This document shows, in pieces, positions 62,317 to 64,000 of a stretch of 64,000 nucleotides of DNA. Position numbers and translations under genes: made by a program. A model generated the notes under the pieces. It ran no database searches and was not told the DNA's origin. It saw nothing but the letters and a program-made list of their open reading frames with translations. The stretch comes from an uncultured Acidobacteriota bacterium (GTDB lineage: Bacteria; Acidobacteriota; Thermoanaerobaculia; Multivoradales; DATKCC01), in assembly GCA_963739795.1 (NCBI GenBank), contig CAVUBL010000010.1, positions 178,799 through 242,798 on the forward strand. The letters run 5' to 3'. Within the stretch, counting starts at the first letter, position 1. The number at the start of each line of letters is the position of its first letter.

Positions 62317-63582
62317 TCAGGGGGTGGCGGCCGGCGCCTTCGCAGGCGGGGAGAGAGGGACCAGACGCGGGGCGTCCAGATCACCGCCCGAGGACTCGGC
62401 CAGCACCAGCGACGGCCGGCCGCCGCTCGTCACACAGCCGAACAACACCGTCCAGCGCCCCTTGCCGTCGCGCAGGACCGCCGCGACGTCCAGATCCTCG
62501 TCCGCCGAGGTCGGGAGGCGCGCCGGGCCCGATGCCACCTGACGCCAGCGGCCGGCCGCGCTCATCTCGGTGAGCAAGAGGCGCTCCTGGCCGGAAAGCC
62601 GGCGATCGAACCAGACGAGGGGCAGGAGGTCCGAAGCGCCGGCGAGAGGCCGGTCCACGTCGAAGTCCCGACCCCGGGTCCAGGGCTCGGCCGTGCCCGT
62701 CGACCAGGGCCGCCACGAGGCCTGCGACCAGGAGGCTCCGCCGTCGGTGCTGCGAAAGGCCACGCCCTTCGCGGACAGGAAGGCGGCCACGCGTTCGGCG
62801 AGGGGGACGACCTGACTGCCCGCGCCGTGGCGGCCGGCGGGGAGCCCGCTCACCCAGGTCGCGGGCGCGTCCCCGGCGCTGAAGAGCCCGGTGCCGGAGA
62901 CGACCGCGTCCTCGCGCCATGGGGCGGGAAGGGCGGGCGGCGTGCCTGCGGCGGTCACCTCCAGGTGCCCGCGCGAACGCCACTCGCTTCCTTCCAGGCG
63001 GAACGCCCACGCGGTCACGAAGTGGCCGCGCCTCTCGGCATCGGCGGCTGGCCCGTGCACCACCACCCAGGGGGTTCCGGAGCGGTCGTACGTACCCGCG
63101 ACGGTGGCGGCCGAGGGCATGGCGAGGGGCTCGCCCAAAGGCTTCCATGCGCCATCCCGGAAGGTGATCGGCTGCAGGCAGCCGGCGCCGCAGGCCTCGA
63201 AGACGAAGGGCGCCCCGGGCCCCGTCGACCCGCCGAACCACGGGCCGTCGCCGGGCGTTCGCTCGATCCGGGCCGACGGCTCGGTCGGCCGCCAGTCGAC
63301 GAGGTAGGCGCCGGCGCCCGTCCCCGGCAGGCCCACCAGGACCTCCCCGGTGGCGGTGTCGAAGCTCGCCACGTTGAGGGCGGTGTCCACGTCGCAGCGC
63401 AACTTGCCGGGCGCGGCGTAGGCCGGCAGCGCGACGGCGGCCAAGGTGACCGCCGCCAGTACGACGGCGGGCCATAGACCGCCCGACGAACGGATCGACT
63501 TCGGCCTCAGGACTGTCTCGCGCGGGGGTGTCCCCTTCCCCCCCGTGGGGAGGGAAGGGGATTGAGGGGTTGTGGGGGGCAT
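62317..63582 (-). CDS. hypothetical secreted or membrane-anchored protein (Gly/Trp-rich, possibly beta-propeller)
   Basis: Convergent with cmk, 9 nt apart. It has a hydrophobic signal/anchor (LWPAVVLAAVTLAAVALPAYAAP). The only in-frame ATG upstream of it (63582) lies inside repeat copy C, so the true start is uncertain. The ORF extension beyond 63582 is rejected. Confidence 0.45.
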   Translation of the reverse strand: MPPTTPQSPSLPTGGKGTPPRETVLRPKSIRSSGGLWPAVVLAAVTLAAVALPAYAAPGKLRCDVDTALNVASFDTATGEVLVGLPGTGAGAYLVDWRPTEPSARIERTPGDGPWFGGSTGPGAPFVFEACGAGCLQPITFRDGAWKPLGEPLAMPSAATVAGTYDRSGTPWVVVHGPAADAERRGHFVTAWAFRLEGSEWRSRGHLEVTAAGTPPALPAPWREDAVVSGTGLFSAGDAPATWVSGLPAGRHGAGSQVVPLAERVAAFLSAKGVAFRSTDGGASWSQASWRPWSTGTAEPWTRGRDFDVDRPLAGASDLLPLVWFDRRLSGQERLLLTEMSAAGRWRQVASGPARLPTSADEDLDVAAVLRDGKGRWTVLFGCVTSGGRPSLVLAESSGGDLDAPRLVPLSPPAKAPAATP

Positions 63583-63585
63583 CCA
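63520..63585 (+). repeat. copy C of the ~60 bp GC-rich palindromic dispersed repeat
   Basis: gggggtgtccccttccccccc-gtggggag-ggaaggggattgaggggttgtgggggg, with a 10-bp perfect stem (tccccttccc / gggaagggga). Aligns with copies A and B. Coordinates approximate. Confidence 0.6.
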
Positions 63586-63727
63586 GCGAATTCTACGGTC
63601 TGGAGAAGCCGAGCGGTCTGGTGTGGCCCCTGCCGGTGGGCGTGGACGGGGGCACCTCGCCGCGGTGCCGCGAGGCGCCCCGCGAAGCCCATCGTCCTCA
63701 GGCGAAGCGAGCCTCCACAAGGTCCGT

Positions 63728-64000
63728 CTACGTATGGATGTGGACGCCGCGCCCGCCGGTGAATCGGCTCCACTGCCTCGAGCCCAGGCCCTTCATCCTC
63801 TCGATCCGGTCCTCCGCCAGTTGGTTGGCCGCCCGGTGGGTGGGGATCGCCTGCTCTTGGGCCAGCTCGAAGATGCGCAGGACGTTGTCGTAGATGTGGC
63901 GGGTCATCAGGAGGGCGCGGTCCCGGTTGTATCCGTTGAGCTCGTTGTAGACGTTGATCAACCCGCCCGCGTTGATCACGTAGTCCGGGACGTAGAGGAT
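63728..64000 (-). CDS. Glu/Leu/Phe/Val-dehydrogenase-family amino-acid dehydrogenase, C-terminal fragment (gene continues beyond window)
   Basis: The C-terminal NAD-binding-domain motif (INAGGLINVYNELNGYNRDRAL) is typical of Leu/Val/Glu dehydrogenases. The 5' part of the gene lies outside the window. Confidence 0.55.
   Translation of the reverse strand: MLYVPDYVINAGGLINVYNELNGYNRDRALLMTRHIYDNVLRIFELAQEQAIPTHRAANQLAEDRIERMKGLGSRQWSRFTGGRGVHIHT

Overview
This is a 64 kb, roughly 70% GC, densely coding chromosomal segment from a diderm bacterium. The gene content has an Acidobacteria-like flavour: a secreted vWA+TPR protein, a giant NAD-specific glutamate dehydrogenase, and SpoVG and ClpC sitting beside the BamA/Lpx/Lol machinery. 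I call about 55 protein genes, one tRNA-Gln(UUG) and a type-A RNase P RNA. The housekeeping blocks are purine nucleoside phosphorylase, lysS, lolC/E-lolD, clpC, bamA-skp-lpxD-fabZ-lpxA plus a translationally coupled Gfo/Idh/MocA oxidoreductase, a large NAD-GDH, serC, ssb, dtd, HU, spoVG-tRNA-prs-rplY-pth-hppA, rpsF-rpsR-rplI, mrcA (PBP1A), uvrB and uvrC flanking a CoA-transferase and a small charged protein, ldcA, scpA-scpB-rluB-hisC-cmk. Many of the long ORFs in the six-frame track are antisense or out-of-frame artefacts of the high GC (translations rich in Arg, Pro and Gly) and are not reported as genes. The most interesting observation is a candidate selenoprotein. A secreted thioredoxin-fold (AhpC/TSA-like) gene at 22571..23149 is interrupted by a single in-frame TGA exactly at the W-C-x-x-C redox position, reading GTW-U-PFC. 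A perfect hairpin about 15 nt downstream is compatible with a bacterial SECIS element. Other points worth a second look are a roughly 60 bp GC-rich palindromic repeat family present three times, a GnnA-like oxidoreductase fused into the lpxA operon, the unusual uvrB / CoA-transferase / small protein / uvrC operon, an atypical KAS with a roughly 120 aa insertion coupled to an SrkA-like kinase, a SMUG1-family UDG, and two cNMP-binding proteins with PilZ and FHA partner domains. CDS coordinates are anchored to the ORF track. Coordinates for RNA genes, repeats and hairpins were read from the printed sequence and may be off by 1-2 nt.
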